A DNA stretch of 16,979 bases from Myxococcota bacterium (GTDB lineage: Bacteria > Myxococcota_A > UBA796 > GCA-2862545). The notes beneath the pieces were generated by a model, which searched no databases, was not told the origin of the DNA, and saw nothing but the letters and a program-made list of their open reading frames with translations. Within the stretch, counting starts at the first letter, position 1; each line of letters starts with the position of its first letter. Both the position numbers and the translations under genes were made by a program. The stretch lies in NCBI GenBank assembly GCA_039208735.1, contig JBCCQY010000186.1:1-16979 (forward strand), written 5' to 3'. Of the stretch, positions 16,024-16,979 are shown piece after piece.

Positions 16024-16979
16024 ATGCGTGTCTGGGTTGTCTCTGTATTCAGTTGCTGGCTGCTGTCCGGCTGTGAGTTCATCGAGCTTCCGGAAACCGA
16101 GGGCACCGAAGGACCAGGCGGCCCACCCCCGCTCATCCAAACCGCAATCCCAACGTTCGACATCGACCTGTTCGTGAGCAACCTTGACGACCATTTCGAC
16201 GACCGGTACGCCGGCGCCCAGATCGTCGTCTTGCAGAACGGTCAAATCTACGACTCCTGGGCGGTCGGGAACCGAACGATCGGTCAGCCGACCGGCGACA
16301 ATCCTATGACGGTCAACACCCAGTTGCCGGTAGCGAGTGTGAGCAAAGTCATCGGCTCGATGGCCCTACTGCAAGCGCTGGAGGCCAATGGCATCCTCCT
16401 TGAACAACCGATTCACAACTACCTTCCCGAATCCTGGAAGCCGCTCGTTCATCCTGACCACTTCGATGCAGGCTCGCCCTACCTCATTCGTTTCGTGAAC
16501 CTCATGCGCAACGAAACCGCCCTGGCCTTTCCGTTGCCGGACGGAAGCGGCTGGAACCCAGGCCGCATGCCGCGCTGGGACGAGATGCTCACCGCGCTCC
16601 AGGCCCCCGCAGACCCAAATCGGAACGGCGACTACCAAAATGGAAACTTCGCCCTCATCCGGGTGTTGCTTTGTGAGATCGAACTGGGCATCGATGCCGA
16701 CGATCCGGACTCCGACTACGACGATGCCTGTTCCGGGGCCTACGAAGCTTCAATTCAAAACACGATCTTCTCTCCGCTCGACATCGAAGGCGTAGGCCAC
16801 ACCGAAGCATCCGCCAACGCCATCAGTCGCGCCTATGCGTTTCCCGTCGTGGCGACCGTGCCCAACTCGGATGGCACCTTGGGCCTAAGCAATTGGGAGT
16901 CTTTTCCAAGGAACGCTGGTTCGGGCGGCCTCTACTTGTCATCGATGGAACTCGCGAAGGTCATCGCCTTCCTGGTGCA
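16024..16979 (+). CDS. Serine hydrolase of the beta-lactamase/AmpC-like fold, lipoprotein; 3' end runs off the window
   Basis: Not in the ORF track. SD GGAGG, MRVWVVSVFSCWLLSG|C, then MTVNTQLPVASVSK (SxxK, Ser codon at 16336), YQN (YxN, 16633) and GSGGLYLSSMELAK. The frame is open to the window end. Confidence 0.9.
   Translation, partial: MRVWVVSVFSCWLLSGCEFIELPETEGTEGPGGPPPLIQTAIPTFDIDLFVSNLDDHFDDRYAGAQIVVLQNGQIYDSWAVGNRTIGQPTGDNPMTVNTQLPVASVSKVIGSMALLQALEANGILLEQPIHNYLPESWKPLVHPDHFDAGSPYLIRFVNLMRNETALAFPLPDGSGWNPGRMPRWDEMLTALQAPADPNRNGDYQNGNFALIRVLLCEIELGIDADDPDSDYDDACSGAYEASIQNTIFSPLDIEGVGHTEASANAISRAYAFPVVATVPNSDGTLGLSNWESFPRNAGSGGLYLSSMELAKVIAFLV

Noticed and set aside
16024..16979. Calling this gene ampC or an antibiotic-resistance gene
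   Set aside because: SxxK and YxN are shared by many esterases and peptidases of this fold, and the third motif lies outside the window.

Overview
High-GC bacterial chromosomal DNA with a Myxococcota/Deltaproteobacteria flavour (inferred from many acidic orphan lipoproteins and a STAND-ATPase/TPR/C-terminal winged-helix regulator). It holds about 15 coding regions: two LysR regulators (one missing from the ORF track because it runs off the left edge), an SMP-30/gluconolactonase beta-propeller lipoprotein, a collagen-stalked choice-of-anchor-I lipoprotein, several orphan lipoproteins, a disrupted ECF sigma factor (region 2 only, with a long out-of-frame C-terminal part), a STAND-TPR-wHTH regulator, an unknown membrane protein, a DUF1269 membrane protein, and a beta-lactamase-fold serine hydrolase running off the right edge (also not in the track). 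I saw no RNA genes, CRISPR array or transposase. The clearest new signals are regulatory. (i) An 11-bp tandem repeat sits exactly 43 nt upstream of each of two convergent orphan lipoprotein genes. (ii) Two nod-box-like LysR operators flank the second LysR gene, each pointing outward. (iii) An ECF41-like promoter lies in front of the broken ECF sigma gene. All family calls come from motif recognition by eye, not database searches.
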